Below are positions 1 to 14,514 of a stretch of 64,000 nucleotides of DNA, piece after piece. This DNA is from Eledone cirrhosa (taxonomy: Eukaryota). Made by a program: the position numbers and the translations under genes. Under the pieces are notes generated by a model that was not told the origin of the DNA, made no database searches, and saw only the letters and a list, made by a program, of their open reading frames with translations. The stretch spans positions 155,000,001 to 155,064,000 of the forward strand of contig OZ024743.1 of the NCBI GenBank assembly GCA_964016885.1, read 5' to 3'. Positions within the stretch are counted from its first letter, which is position 1. Each line of letters starts with the position of its first letter.

Positions 1-85
1 ATACCACAGAGTGGTCCACATATCAAAAACTAATGAGAAACAGTTTATGTTCCCATCGTAGTAACGTCATCTTCGGAGGAGCTGG

Positions 86-199
86 TTAGCCTAATCTTTC
101 ACGGAAGTAATGTCGCACATCCTCCATGCTCTTGCCAGAATGCACACGACCATGTGTCCATACACTTGCAAGCAGCCTCTCTTCCGAACTGTAGGAGCT
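86..199 (-). CDS. Possible 3' coding exon of an unidentified host gene
   Basis: Non-repetitive segment of higher GC preceded on the minus strand by a pyrimidine-rich acceptor (atctatttcag, AG at 201-200). All three frames stay open for about 33-37 codons, e.g. SSYSSEERLLASVWTHGRVHSGKSMEDVRHYFRERLG* or LLQFGREAACKCMDTWSCAFWQEHGGCATLLP*. Frame and product unresolved. Confidence 0.3.
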   Translation of the reverse strand, partial: SSYSSEERLLASVWTHGRVHSGKSMEDVRHYFRERLG

Positions 200-1427
200 C
201 TGAAATAGATAATTATATTATTATTATTATTATATATTTTAATTAATGATATTATATATTATATTATTAAAACAAAACATAATGAAAGTTAAAACAATAT
301 GTAACAAGACTTTCTGACCACCAACACGTATATTGTTAGTAGTTATATGAGTTCAGTAGAAACATCGGTCATAATATATTTCTAGTTACTTTTATTAGAA
401 AGATTATCAGGCTAACTTCGAAAACAGACACTATCTCCACCTCACAGACGTAAATGTGCTACACAGTAATTCTTTTAATTATGATGTTTTTTAAAGAATG
501 TATAGCAACAGATACAATGTAGCACAGTACATCTTGCAAGCGGGTATAATAATTCATTATTCTTGAAAATCGAATTCATATTTCTGTTATCCGGTCCTAC
601 ATAATATAGACGATTTCTCGAATCCTGCTAAGATTATGTACTGGTATCAGAATAATAAAGTATGTTATTCATAATAATTTAGCAAACTAACACATGTTTT
701 TTTTCATTTCATATTCGAGACATTAAAATTAGGAAGAATATTTTAAAGTTAAAAGTAAATTTCAAGAAATATTTCATACGATTTGAAACCAAACGTGCAT
801 GGAGAACTATATATAACTACATAAAAGAAAAATTAAAATAAACAAATGAATAGAATGTAATACATATACATACTTTACAATATAATCTATAAATATTCAT
901 AAACATAATTGAATTATAAGGTTCTTTTTTTTCCAATTTCTCTGCATGTTTGTATTTTTGTTTAACAGCTCTCACCATTTGAATAGCAACAATCATTCTG
1001 CTTGCATCTGTTGCGTATTTAATTGTTTTAAAACCTACTGTTAGATGACACATTTTATGTTTTGTTCCGTGTTACGTTCATTATTTTATTCTTTTTAAAT
1101 TTCTCTTTGCGTAACTGAATTAGGGAGGGAACGAGCAAACACATATTTCCTGAGAATTTCGTTCAATAAGATCACAAACTGTGATTAATTCTCTCATACT
1201 CGATGGATATAGAACAGGAAACCTCAAAAAATTTGATTTCGGGACAATTTGGCATTATAAAATCTAAGTAAATTTTGCGATAGAAATGATTATAAATAAA
1301 AACAAAATATCGTTTCTATTAAATTCTGTACTTTATTTAGATACTTTTATGTTTTCTGTCGTTTTCTTCTAATTTTCTCTTCAAAATAGTTCCTTTATTC
1401 GTTCAAAGGGAACTTGTTTTTCTAGTG

Positions 1428-1463
<36 letters not shown>

Positions 1464-2604
1464 GGGGGGTGTATGTATGCCTGTATGCATGTACAGATTA
1501 TGTATATATCTGTGTCTTTGTATGTGTGCGTGTATGTATGCTTAGTATTTTGTTTATGCATGTGTATATGTGTTTGAGAGCCTGTATCTGATAAGGAAAC
1601 AATGAATTTTATTATAGCAATCACATAGTTATATCCTGTGGATTATTTAAAGAAATTCTCTGAAAATATTTATAGAAGGTACAATATAATAACTCAATTA
1701 AGCAATTCTATTTTGAAATAAACACATTCTGATAGTTATGGATCTAAATATAAAACCCGGAAGTACTTGAAATCTCCAAATATCATTCATTCGTATTTTA
1801 CTTCTATACAATGAATGGACGTTTACATTCTTGTATTTTAGTTTTATTCTTCTGTCCCAAAAAAACCTTTATCATTATCTAAACTCAAAATACAGTGAAA
1901 TAAAAAATAACACATTATCCATATGCAAGGCTTTACAATAACTAGTGTTTTTTCATGTTATCCACAGACTTATAATACGACTAAGACTCCAAAAATAAAC
2001 ATTTTCACTAGAGAACATGCAATAGCCTTCTGCTGCGACAGTCTAGCGTTCCTATTTTACAATGAAATCTTCTCAGGATTTTCAAGTATTTAAAATTTAG
2101 ATACACTCTCAATATACGCAGTAAACCTACCCTCTTCTCCCCTTGAAATATAGCATATCACACACTGTATTAATACATTAATGATACAACAATATATGTG
2201 GAAAGCGCGATTGAAAATGGAAAATAGAATAAAGTGTAAAAAAGGAAAACGAAGCAAGAGTTGAAATTTTAATTTAGAATGAAAAATAAGCTAAAGAATA
2301 TGATAACATCTAACTCATCTCTCGGCTTCGATGTAAGATTTCAATGCTAGACTTGGAAAATACTATCAACCATGATATTACGTCTTTGTGTTGAGTAGAT
2401 TTGAACTCAAATAGATTTAGACAGCTTTCACTCTGTAAGGAATCTGATATCTAATAACGTTTTTTTAAAAAATAGTAATGTACCTTAGCACCAAGGATTG
2501 GTATATGATTTACTGATGTCTTCACACATATCCGTTACCTAAAGTATTTCAGATCACTCGCGCTTTTCATCTTCATGCTATCTCACGGATCATGCACTGC
2601 TGCT

Positions 2605-2835
2605 CACATGTAGAATGAACTCTCAAATGAATATTAAAACTATAAATGTAGTCTATAGCATAAGTTGTACAGAGGGTACTTGCAGAAACATGACAACGAC
2701 ATACATAGTTGAGACATCCTGAATCATAGGAGAAAGAATAGACCAACACTCGAGGGAACTAAAATGACAAAAAGACGGTTTAGTACTATATGAAAACGCC
2801 ATACATATATATATACATATACATACGTACACATG

Positions 2836-2874
<39 letters not shown>

Positions 2875-2995
2875 GTATACGTACCTACACATATGTACGT
2901 ATGGGCTATATTGAACATTAATAATAATGTTCGATTCGTTTGGAAAACAAACAGGCCGATTTGAAGCTGTACCGTGCTGGTGACCGATTCTCACT

Positions 2996-3055
<60 letters not shown>

Positions 3056-3464
3056 AGTGTGCACACGCAAATCCCCCCCACACACACATACACACAAACA
3101 TACACACGCACACACATACACACACACATATATGTACATATGTACGTATGGGTGGGTTGTTTCGAATATTAATAACAAGTGAGAATCGGTCACCAGCACG
3201 TCACAGCTTCAAATCGGCCTGTTTGTTTTGCAAATGAATCGAACATTATTATTAATGTTCAAGGGCGGTGGATTGGCAGTATCGGTAGAGAGTCGGACGT
3301 CCCTTTACGATCTGAGTTCAAATCCCGCCGAGGTTGACTTTGCCTTTCATCCTTACGGGGTCGATAAAATAAAGTATCAGTAATGCACTGGGTAATTGCT
3401 GGCATTGTAACTAAAGTAGAAACAATTATTAATGTTCAACCCATACGTACATATGTGTAGGTGC

Positions 3465-3510
<46 letters not shown>

Positions 3511-3710
3511 ATGGCATGTTCATATAATACTAAAGCGTCTTTTTGTCCTTTTAGTTCCCCCCAGTGTTGGTCTATTCTTTCTCCTATGATTCGGGCTGTC
3601 TCACCTATGTATATTGTTGTCATGTTTCTGCAAGTAACCTCTGTACAACTTAGTCTATAAACTACATTTCTAGTTTAACATTTATTTCAGGATTCATTCT
3701 ACATATGACA
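2605..3710. repeat. Inverted pair of PLE 3'/pseudo-LTR sequence (about 2605-2805 vs 3510-3710) enclosing microsatellites, a second inverted pair (2890-2998 vs 3140-3262) and a SINE
   Basis: gtctatagcataagttgtacagagggtacttgcagaaacatgacaac...tagtactatatgaa is the diverged reverse complement of ttcatataatactaaag...gttgtcatgtttctgcaagtaacctctgtacaactt. The right arm continues into the PLE ORF remnant at 3761-4345. Confidence 0.75.
3263..3424 (+). mobile_element. tRNA-derived SINE with Deu/Nin-type central domain, full length
   Basis: A-box-like TGGCAGTATCGG, B-box GAGTTCAAATCC, core gcctttcatccttacggggtcgataaaataaagt, tail aaagtagaaacaatt. 15-bp TSD attattaatgttcaa at 3248-3262 and 3425-3439. 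Confidence 0.9.
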
Positions 3711-4380
3711 CATTTCTTATTTGTAGTGTGGATTTTCTTAAAGGGATTTTATTTTTCTGATCAGGGTTTTATGGTAGTTCCTGGCTTTTCTGCCACTTTA
3801 ATATATAGATGAGTCTTTCTTAGTGCCTTTCCACATTGGTTAGTTAATTTCCCTCCAACAGTGGCATCCATGAACATGAGACTCTGATATCTCTGTTTGT
3901 CGTACCATGAAGTTGCTTTCCCTATCTTATATTCACTCCAAACTAAGCTATTCCATGATTTGCTCCTGTATAATGGGCAACTTACTTTCCAGTCCATTTC
4001 TATGAGGCTCTTATATTTCTCCGTGGCTCCTTTGTATACTTTGATTCTGTATCTTTGGCTGTAGCCTGATAACTCCATGCGATTGATGAAGTGTTGAATG
4101 TGTCTTTCCATTTCTGTTTGGTTGTCGCACATGTGGGACATATTCTTCATCACTCGTACCAAGTCTGCGAGCAGAATATTAAACATATCACTATTGAACA
4201 TTACTGAGATTTTGAGTATTAGTTATTTGGAAATAATGGGTTTAGCATAATGTGAGAGGAGAATTTGGGCCTCTGGTTTGTAGTGTCTAACCAGAGTTCC
4301 ATGTCGAATAATGTTAGTCTACTCTAAGGGTGTTTGGAAGGGTAGTCCATAGTCACAGCTATATTCTGGTGTATAGAGTT
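3510..4380 (-). mobile_element. Penelope-like element fragment (RT thumb/linker region plus 3' end)
   Basis: ORF 3761-4201 (LLADLVRVMKN..MELSGYSQRYR..PLYRSKSW..SWYDKQRYQSLMFMDAT..IKVAEKPGTTIK) is collinear with the longer RT-bearing copy at 47060-48990. Confidence 0.75.
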
Positions 4381-4384
4381 AGTT

Positions 4385-4620
4385 CATCCTCCGATCCAGC
4401 TCGCCGCCGCTCCCAAACAGTTGAGCAAAGTGGTGCTAAAAAGCCTAACACATCTGCTCGGGTTCGAGTAACATGCACTCGTTTTGGTCAGGCACGAATT
4501 GTGGCTCTATTGCCACGTCGCACCTCAACTCCCCGGGTCCATTGGACGGCTCTGACTCTGACAAGGCAGCCGTGATGTTTTGCGTTGAAGAATTTGCCGA
4601 GTGCCAGTCTCACAGCAAAT
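4385..4620 (-). mobile_element. Degenerate L1/Tx1 ORF2 fragment
   Basis: Translates FAVRLALGKFFNAKHHGCLVR..LLEPEQMC*AF*HHFAQLFGSGG, matching LASRTALGQFFDAKHEGCIVR..ILEPKQMCEAFQKHFAGLFGRGG of the LINE at 58767-59213. Confidence 0.8.
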
Positions 4621-4631
4621 AGAAAGCAGAG

Positions 4632-4635
<4 letters not shown>

Positions 4636-4707
<72 letters not shown>

Positions 4708-4810
4708 GTGTGTGTGTGTGTGTGCGGGTGTGTGTGTGTGTGTGTGTGTATATATGTGTGTGTGTGTGTACGTATCGAACGTATGGATGTGTGCGTGTGC
4801 GTGTGTATAT
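4636..4810. repeat. (TA)n/(TG)n compound microsatellite
   Basis: Directly visible; it is the source of the YIYI/CVCV ORFs here. Confidence 0.95.
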
Positions 4811-5300
4811 AAGCATGTATATTTTTGCGTTTCTTTTGTTAGATATACGTGTGTGTGTATGCGTGTACCTTGTTTGTCTTCTTTTCTTAAATTTTTTCTT
4901 TCAAAATTATTGTTCCACTTTTATAAATATATCGAGATTGATACTTTCCTTTAATTATTACACTCCCTTACCTCTTTTATTTCCGCATATAAGTGTACGT
5001 GTGCGTAGGTGTGTTTATGCGCGTGCCTTCATATTCTTATGATGTATCTATTCTGTCTGTAGATTACAGATACACAGATACATTTGCCCTAAGTTATATA
5101 TTTACGCACACTTTTCCACTATACGTATACATATGTGCATACACATATATGCACATCTCTGAGCGTATATAATACATATACACACACCTAACTATATTTC
5201 GTGAAATATTTTTATATATTTCATATTCTCATTCATTTATCTATTTTTTTTTTTTTGCTTTTCTTGATGAAACTTTCCAAGTATTTACCCATGTTTTATA

Positions 5301-5376
5301 TTGCCTCGTCTGACGAACGAATGAAGACGTTTCTTTCGTATTCGCTTCATTCGGGAAACCTCTGGTAATGAGGTAA
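5301..5376 (+). ncRNA. Type I hammerhead ribozyme motif
   Basis: TTGCCTCGT-CTGACGA-A-CGAATGAAG(loop)CTTCATTCG-G-GAAAC-C-TCT-G-GTA-ATGAGGTAA: 9-bp helix I (2 G-U), intact core, 9-bp helix II, helix III ACC/GGT, GUA cleavage triplet. Confidence 0.8.
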
Positions 5377-7480
5377 TTATATTTTATTGATTTTTTTATA
5401 CATAAAATTTTGCTCTGGTACTTACATAGAGCACTCTTCACTTCTATGACCTTTTCTGTTTTCAACGGAAATTTCAATACATATATATATATATGTATAC
5501 ACACACTGCGAGAGAGAGAACTAAATAAGTTTACATGTGCATATACATAAGCTACATACCGGTAAATTTAGTACGTGTGAGATTCGTTTGGCCGGCATGA
5601 CATATTGTTAATTAAAGTCAACTTACGAAGTCATTCAAATGTTATTATCATTCCTATTTAATTACGTCCGGCGCCATATTCACCATCTTTCGAGTAACAT
5701 GTTTCTGCTAAAATTTCAGGTTATCTTTATTGTTGTTTTAATTTTGTGTTGACATTTCCAATATTTTTTTTTATTTTCAATCTATTAAAACTAATTATTT
5801 TTCTTATTAATACGCTTTATAAATGTTACCTGCAGATATGTATGAAATTTGATGTAATACTTTTATTCAGTATAATCCTACATCTTTAACAAATCTATTA
5901 GATTTTCTTGAAATCACTCTTTAAATATAAAAAAGGTCATATTCAGAATTAGTTAAATTAAGATAATCACTTGTATCATGTCTCACTAAAGAAGCAATAC
6001 AAGTATTTATTTCACACACTTATTTAACCGATATAAAATAGATAAGACATTATATTTAACATAATCTATCCCCAAAAGGCGGAAATATATTATTTTCTCA
6101 GGATAAATATATATTTACCTAACTACATTACATAGCGTTATTATGAACCTGTATTCGTCTAGTGGTTGAATTATGCACGCGGGACAATGGATGTACCATG
6201 CAGCTTCGGAGAATGTCAGTATACTACCTGATAAATAATATTGTGTACTTTAAAAAAATCCTTTGATAAGAAATTTTCTTCTAAAGATGTTTGTCTTAAT
6301 TTATTAAGATAATTGGTATTGTCTCCTAATTCCAGAACCTGCCTTTCTGAGAGAGCGGGACTGGAACTATCGTGCATTAAGTAGTTTGGCTTGTCTTCAC
6401 ATTACGGATTATATATATATTAGATTGTAGAAGGTTATTCTAGTAAGTTTCCCTAGTTAACAGATCAGATACTGTAATTGATTCGCCTGTAATTAAGGTA
6501 GTCGTATTTCATTGTAGGGAAGGCGAATTTATTAATTTAGGAGATAACATTGTTCCAGCTCAAACTTTCGTGAAATATATGAGATTGTGCGATATAATGT
6601 CCAGGTTGTCAGTAAAGTCGATATTCAATACGAATAGATAAGCCAATGTTCAAGTCATGGCAGGTGCTTGGCCTGTGAATCACTGTCGAATACACTTTCG
6701 GGCCAAATGTTGATCAAATCCTTTCTCACAGTTTAGATAATGCTTTATGTTCTAAATATTCCTATATATTTTACGGATAAGACGTTTTCACATATTTAAC
6801 AATATCTGGATTAGTTATAATAACAATATAAATGTTATTAATAATGAGTTTAAGGTTTTGAATAATAATATCTTTTTTATTAATAACCATCATCAACTAA
6901 CAATACATACCTAACAGCATTGATTTTGATAGTAGTTCTGAATATATCACCCATAATATATCAGTGGGATTGCAAACATAACCATGATGGCAATTATCTC
7001 GTTCACGGAAGCAGTTATTTTGAAAGCCGTCTCAAATATATTTGTAGTAATAATGAGGTTGTAATAAAAATTACAATATATCATTCGTTTACGTTGGTTT
7101 TTCGTATTGTTGGCATAATGCGCAGTATATGTAAATCCTAACTCTCTGATGTCTTTGTATATATTACTTTTTGGTTAAGACTAGGCAGACAAAGATTGAT
7201 GTTTCGAAACGCCCACAATTTTCAGCTACTCTGCTTCTGTACATCTGGATTCTGGAAGCTATACTATTATGCTGTGATTAGAAATAATTCAGTCTCGGCT
7301 TGTAGTTCAGTGCTTTGAAGGCAGTGTTGTGAGTTTTAGATGTCTACTTGCGTTTTACTGGCATTGGGCATGTAAATGGTTTTATTGCCAGAAACTTAAC
7401 ATGGTGTTGCGAAATTTGCACTCCCATCGTTTTTCACATCGTCTTTACAATGGAATTAACATTGTTTTAAAAGAGTAATA

Positions 7481-7680
7481 TTCTTCTTCTTCTTCTTCTT
7501 CTTCTTCTTCTTCTTCTTCTTCTTCTTCTTCTTCTTCTTCTTCTTCTTCTTCTTCTTCTTCTTCTTCTTCTTCTTCTTCTTCTTCTTCCCAATACCAGTT
7601 CTCTGATGTCTCGGGAAACGAGACATGTGTACCTCCATCTCACACATCCCAGAAAAGCTCGCAGCGCCATCGCAAGTTAT
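7481..7680 (-). mobile_element. (GAA)n tract (7481-7588), probably the tail of an RTE-like LINE 3' fragment
   Basis: About 36 perfect TTC repeats next to a higher-GC segment. The RTE fragment at 29740-30175 also ends in a GAA-rich tail. Assignment is tentative. Confidence 0.45.
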
Positions 7681-8594
7681 TCCAGAGTTGGATTATGTCT
7701 GCAACATATATTTCAAACAGGCCCCTCGATTTAAAGTCTGATCGGATCACTTGTTATCCCGGGTGAACTTACATGCGGTCGGTCTCCTCTTCACTGTTTC
7801 CGGCTATATCACATTCTTTCGGTAATTATATACGCACCAGTCACACATTTTCTCATTTTCTCAGACATAAGATTGTATGATTTTTAAGAGGTGTTTTTCC
7901 AAGCTCCATCATAGCTATATTAATAGATTCAGATAATTTTATTGGCAGGTAACTGCACCACCAATTGCTCCATGGCCCCATGTGTCTTGGCGGTGTTGTT
8001 CCGGGGTTGCTTATCGTTCCACCAGAGCCCGCTTATTTAGCAACTAACTACCATACCTGGTAGACGCATCGCTATCCGCTATCTACGACCCCTTCTCTAG
8101 CAGAATAGCTAGGATCTAACGCTGATTCTCATCTGGCTGTCAAAATTATATTTACTCCTATATTTTATTTAATTGTCTAAAACTAACATGGAACCGTCGT
8201 GACACGTCTCGAAAATTGAAAATATATAGAGAGAGTGTTAGAGAGCAGTTAGCATGTCGGCAGTCGATAGGCAGTCGACATGGAAAACCAATAAAACAAA
8301 AACAGGTGTTTTACGGTGAAACCATAACATTTGTGTCACTGGCAAAAACAACAAGTGCTACAACGACAACAAGAGTAGAAACAGCTAGAGCAAAAGAAAA
8401 GACAACAGAAGCTCCAACAATAACTAAAACAATAACCACAACATGAGCAACAACACTAACACAACAGCAATAAGGAAACAAAAAAATAAAATAACGGCAA
8501 TAATAACGAAAAAAGCTTCTAGAAAAAACAATTAAAAAAACAACAGCAACAACAAGAACAACAGAAATACAAATCAAAACAATATTGACAACAA

Positions 8595-8950
8595 CGCTTG
8601 ACGGACTGACCGGTGAATTTACTCGTGGTTTTGTTCGGGTTGCAGCTCTAAATAAATAATAATTAGAATAAGGTAACCAGCAGGGTGGACACTCTCATCA
8701 AGAAATGGGCCGATATAGTTATCCCTAACATATCTGGTTGTGCTGGCGAACGCATAAATCGTATCCGTCATTATATTACCGTTTGACCGTTGTGATTTGC
8801 CCCCGTTTGCACCTGACCAAATTTAAACGTATGTTCTTCCACATTTTTGGAAAAGACAGGTTCCATTGGTGAAGCAACAATTCTTTCGCTCTTTCTGTAG
8901 GAAAAGGTCATGCTTCTCCATGGATCTTAGTGAATAAGATAAAAATTTGG
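8595..8950 (+). mobile_element. Degenerate L1/Tx1 ORF2 fragment (post-RT region)
   Basis: Reads ..PVNLLVVLFG..KVTSRVDTLIKKWA..LANA*IVSVI.YYRLTVVICP..FWKRQVPLVK, homologous to PAKLLGVWFG..EVTNRVFALTQKWA..VANTYIASVIYYRLTVVPCP..FLWKKRAPMVR of the intact copy. Confidence 0.75.
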
Positions 8951-9199
8951 CCCAGGAATGGAACGTGTGCAAACCTGGGCAAACTTAAACGCCTCGGCAG
9001 AGTACAATCATTTCCAGATGCATTTCTGAGTAAACTTCCAAACTTGAGGTAACCCCCAATCAGAGGTGCAAGCAGGGCTAAAATGCATCCGTCGAGGCAT
9101 TGAGTACATAACGAGAGACATAAATTAAGGCACCCTCTCGGTGCTGTTTAAATCGGAGACCCTCGATATCAAACAATATGTGACCACTGCAAAACCACT

Positions 9200-9530
9200 G
9201 AATTAGTTATGTACCCCTCTTCTATGGGAAAACGTACATTTCGAGTCCATATTATCAGGATCCCACCAGGATTGGACTTGTGGTGGCTCCTGGTATTCGC
9301 CATTGAGGAGGGTACATATGCCGTCCCAATTGAGGCAACACAAACAGAGATGACTTTCTGGGATCGATTTGGAGATCATTCTCGAAATCAAACTAGAGGA
9401 GCGAAAACAATTTAACGAATCAAATCCATCCCCAAAACGTGATGGCACTACAAATTATGACTAAGGTCAAAATACCGCACTCGTTCTTTTGTGGAGAAAT
9501 GACAGATTTTTTAGCCGTCTGCCACCAGCT
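9200..9530 (+). mobile_element. Possible LINE ORF1 remnant
   Basis: MGKRTFRVHIIRIPPGLDLWWL followed by a decayed zinc-knuckle-like stretch (PHSFFCGEMTDFLAVC). It lies next to the Tx1 fragment. Confidence 0.35.
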
Positions 9531-9799
9531 CAAAATTCACTTCCCTTTCTTCTCTTTTTCTTTTAATGTCTAACCCCTAATCTGTACCTTTTCTCACTGT
9601 TGCCTAACATAGAATCAATTATTACATAATACAATACATTCTTACTCTATATCACCTTGTAAAAATCCTTCGTAAACATAAACATTTTTTGACGTTAGAT
9701 TATTCATCCTCAATTCATTATTCTTTTCTCCCTTTCATCTAACTCATTCATGCTTATCTCACAATATATCCTTACTTAAATTACCTGTTGTTCTTTTTA

Positions 9800-9975
9800 A
9801 TAATACATATCATTTTCTTCCCATCGCACATATAATTAAACCCTTAAATATCATTCTTAATACATATTAACTTTTTCTTTCCATCGCACATGTTATTAAA
9901 CCCTTAAATATTATTCTTAACACATATTAACATTTTCTTTTCATCGCACATATTATTAAACCCCTCAATATACAA
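9800..9975. repeat. 60-bp minisatellite, about 3 copies
   Basis: cattttcttcccatcgcacatataattaaacccttaaatatcattcttaatacatattaa recurs with period 60. Confidence 0.9.
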
Positions 9976-10329
9976 ACCTTAACTTTACATTATTTTTCTC
10001 TTCGTTAATTTTCAAATTCTTTTAATTTATACATTATCTTCCAACGGTTTTCAACCTCTCTATGTAAAACAATTTATCTTTCTCAGTTATAAAAGCTATA
10101 TCTCTCTCTCTATCACCCATCTCTCCTCCTATCTCATCCTTCCTCATTATACTCCTCCCTCTCCACTTTTTACTCTCATCTCCACCTCTTTTTCATCCTT
10201 TCCACCACCACCCCTCAAAATAAAATATTTTTCCCAATATCTCACATCAATCTAAAGCTACTTCTCATATGTTGATTTAAAACTGCACTATCCACAAGTG
10301 TTTTTTAACCTTCATATCATCTCTTCCTG

Positions 10330-10396
10330 TTTTATCTGATGAAAACACAAATATTATTGCATGATGATATTTGTTTTTGAAATGCGCATAATAAAA
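10330..10396 (+). ncRNA. Type I hammerhead ribozyme motif (family also at 62521 and 62720)
   Basis: TTTTAT-CTGATGA-AAACACAAATATTATTGCATGATGATATTTGTTTTT-GAAAT-GCGC-ATA-ATAAAA. Helix III is palindromic (ATGCGCAT). The element ends in (TA)n about 30 nt later. Confidence 0.85.
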
Positions 10397-10426
10397 TACA
10401 TGGAACTCTTTTAACCATCTTTTGTT

Positions 10427-10487
<61 letters not shown>

Positions 10488-10489
<2 letters not shown>

Positions 10490-10683
10490 CGAAGGAAATG
10501 TGGTAAGGAACCAGGTGGACCATAACGCACCAAAGTACTCAATACTTGGGGTAGTAGAGTGGGTAATAGGAACAAGTAAGACCCCGACGGCTGAGCTCAA
10601 GCCGTTTCGACGGCTAATTCTGTTCTCAGTACAGAATTAGCCGTCGAAACGGCTTGAGCTCAGCCGTCGGAGTCTTACTTGTT

Positions 10684-10686
<3 letters not shown>
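10488..10686. mobile_element. Fold-back element between two (TA)n tracts carrying an HHR 3' half
   Basis: Near-perfect hairpin 10566-10623 / 10631-10688 with loop tctcagt. It contains GAAAC-GGCT-TGAGCTC-AGCC-GTC-GGGGT. Same family at 16600-17053, 27150-27520 and 42200-42620. Confidence 0.8.
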
Positions 10687-10730
<44 letters not shown>

Positions 10731-11016
10731 CGTTCCATACCGAATTAAGGACTTTCTTAAGTAATTTTGAAATTTCTGATTCTAACCCATCACCCGTCCG
10801 TTTAGGTTTGAAGTAGTTCCTTTGTCTATTTTGAACACCTCACAATAGGCGCGCGTTTCGATGTTTTTATCGGCGTGTAGTTCGTTAATCGGGAGAAATT
10901 GTTTATTTATTAATTCGCCAATTCACTTTTTTTTATTTTGGTTTGTGTGGGTGGGTGAAATTACTTATTGAGCCTTGTTCATTTACAGTCTATAGTTCAT
11001 GGGTTGTTCCAAAGAA

Positions 11017-11044
11017 CACACACAGACATACACACACACACACA

Positions 11045-11079
<35 letters not shown>

Positions 11080-11111
11080 GGAGAGAAAGAGAGAGAGATA
11101 TATAGATAGAG

Positions 11112-11164
<53 letters not shown>

Positions 11165-11182
11165 GAGATAGAGATAGAGAGA
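11017..11182. repeat. (CA)n/(TA)n/(GA)n compound microsatellite
   Basis: Directly visible. Confidence 0.95.
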
Positions 11183-12849
11183 TGTCTCCTTCTCTAACAA
11201 ACCCGTTTTTTACATTCATGCTAATACAGTATTCATACGTTCTAACGTTCAACTAGATCTTCCATAAAACAGTTACCTCGTTTCTTATTTTCCTTCTCAC
11301 ACACACATGAATCTAATTATTTTTAATGCATAAAAATTAATCATATTCTGTAATGTAGCACATGAAATGTGCACATTAGTGGGGCATCTTACTTGAATAT
11401 GCTCACATAAGTCTAATTTTAATTTAATATGTTTGATACATATTTTGCGTAATACATATAATATATGCATCTTGCTTTACGTATCTGTCACGAATGAATA
11501 TGCTGCCTGAGATTATTATTTGTGAGAGGCTGGTATACCGTCATTGGAATTATTTATATTTCTTTCTTCACAGAATCATTACGGTATGGTCTCCTAAAAG
11601 TTGACTAAATTCTCTTCATTTATGAAATTCAAGTATGTGTTGTACAACTTAAACTTATATTTCGCTCGTATGTTTCATGCTCATAAATTTAATGAATATT
11701 GCAGAGACTGATGTTCAAATATGTAACATTTTTTACAAATGAGACATATCTTATTTCACGTTTTATTTGTGTGCCGTTCTATTAATTATACGTACATCAA
11801 TTCCCTATATCGTGTGCTCAAACATATTAAATGCAGAAACGAAAATTACCAATGTATTTTGCAAACAAAATATAATTGATGAGTTTAGCTGTACGAGAGG
11901 TTTCTTTTACCTTTAAGACAGCATTGGTTTTACATAATTATGTCACTAATATTCCTTACCAATATACAATCAACTGTATCCTTAAATCGTGTCAGCTGTT
12001 GTGTGATTCAAAATGGCATAGATTTTAAATAAATATAAACATTAGCCTTCATGATTTTATTTCTAGAAATATATTTCTAAAGATATGAGTAAACTCAAAT
12101 GGTTATAAAAGATTTCAGCAGTACTGATATATTTGCTTTCCTGAAAGCTAAAAATTAATAGAAATTGTTTCACATCTAGATATAATGCAAAACGTTACGC
12201 TGAAGAGACCTTGATTTAAGCCGAAATATTGATAGAAAAATGTGATAAGTGATCTTACATTGCAAGTGATATTACCATTGATTTCTATGTCTTGGAACTT
12301 CTCCTTTGACATTTAAAGTGGAAAAATAAAATATAACTGATAAAGAAACGGAAAATCTTCGAACTACTGAATTAAGGCTATTGTTGCTGTTATATTCTAC
12401 TACTGACATATATCATAATTAGAGCAAAGACTTTTATTTAATAGCTCTTTAATAACGGACTCGAGTTGAATTTCTTTCTCGTTGTTATATTCAATAGTAG
12501 TAAGTAAATGTTTCACGAATCAAGCAGTCGGAACTTACTACATCTATCAGTAATACTAATTGAACGGGAAAGAAATACTTCCCTGGAATCGGTGCCAATG
12601 TATTGCGTGCAATATTCTCAATACCTCTACAAATTAATAACGTAGCTTCAGTAAACTGAAGCGCTGAGATAGTATGCAACATTCAATTATTTTTTAAAGA
12701 AATTATAAAGCAAGAATACGCTAATTATGCATTTCAGCTTTATCGATTTTGTGCAGTCATTAATTGTACTAACCGAAAAATGCCACAGTTCAGGGATAGC
12801 AGATATACATTTACTCTAATATACAAACACAAACGCATTATTACATAGA

Positions 12850-13038
12850 AGGCCGGTTGATTGGCAGTATCGGTAGAGGGTCGAAGTCCATGCTTTGACG
12901 CATAGAGTTACGGTCCTTGCAATTCTGAGTTCAAATCCCGAAGTTAACTTTACCTTTCATCCTTACGGGTTGGATAAAATGAAGCGTCAGCAATACACTG
13001 GGTAATTGCTCGCCTTGTGCCAAAAGTAGAAACAATTC
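12850..13038 (+). mobile_element. tRNA-derived SINE, same family as 3263
   Basis: ttggcagtatcggtagag..gagttcaaatccc..cctttcatccttacgggt..aaagtagaaacaatt. Confidence 0.85.
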
Positions 13039-13174
13039 TTACATACATTCGTACACATCTATATCTATCTATATATGTATGTATATATACATACACGCAT
13101 ACGCACACACACACTCCCCCCATATATACGTATGCGTGTGTGTGTGCATGTGTGTATGTGTTTATAATAGAAAT

Positions 13175-13225
13175 GGATTTTACAGAACGATAACTGTTTC
13201 ATTCGAAGGAAATCATCAGGAAAGC
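13175..13225 (-). ncRNA. Hammerhead motif with decayed helix I (family of 20987)
   Basis: GCTTTC-CTGATGA-TTTCCTTCGAAT-GAAAC-AG-TTATCGTT-CT-GTA-AAATCC on the minus strand. Confidence 0.6.
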
Positions 13226-13544
13226 TAACTGTCATTGTGATATGTTGGTATTTATACGTTTTCTAGTGGTGTCGGAAGGTGGTGATTGGCGTGGTTGGAG
13301 GTCATTGGGCAAGGGAATTTAAGAACAGGGAATCTTTGAGAAACCTATGTTTGGAGAAACATACACAGTAAAACAAAGATAAATGTAAAAAGCGTTCACA
13401 CTAAGTTAACAAACACATACATACGGACAACTACAATTATTTTCAGGTTCATTTATCCTAAGCGAACAAAGGGATATCATTAAGTGGCTACATTAACATG
13501 TTCTCCTGGAGAATGTGTGGTATTAAAGGATGTTGATGTCTGCA

Positions 13545-14514
<970 letters not shown>

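Noticed and set aside
3270-3325. tRNA gene
   Set aside because: The A/B boxes belong to the SINE head and no cloverleaf is formed.
7140-7215. CTGATG..hairpin..GAAAC hammerhead-like string
   Set aside because: The core is incomplete and there is no helix I or III pairing or cleavage triplet.
12539-12627. Possible minus-strand exon (GIENIARNTLAPIPGKYFFPVQLVLLIDV) ending at a gtaagt donor
   Set aside because: Splice-like signals are common in AT-rich DNA, and there is no homology or partner exon to support it.
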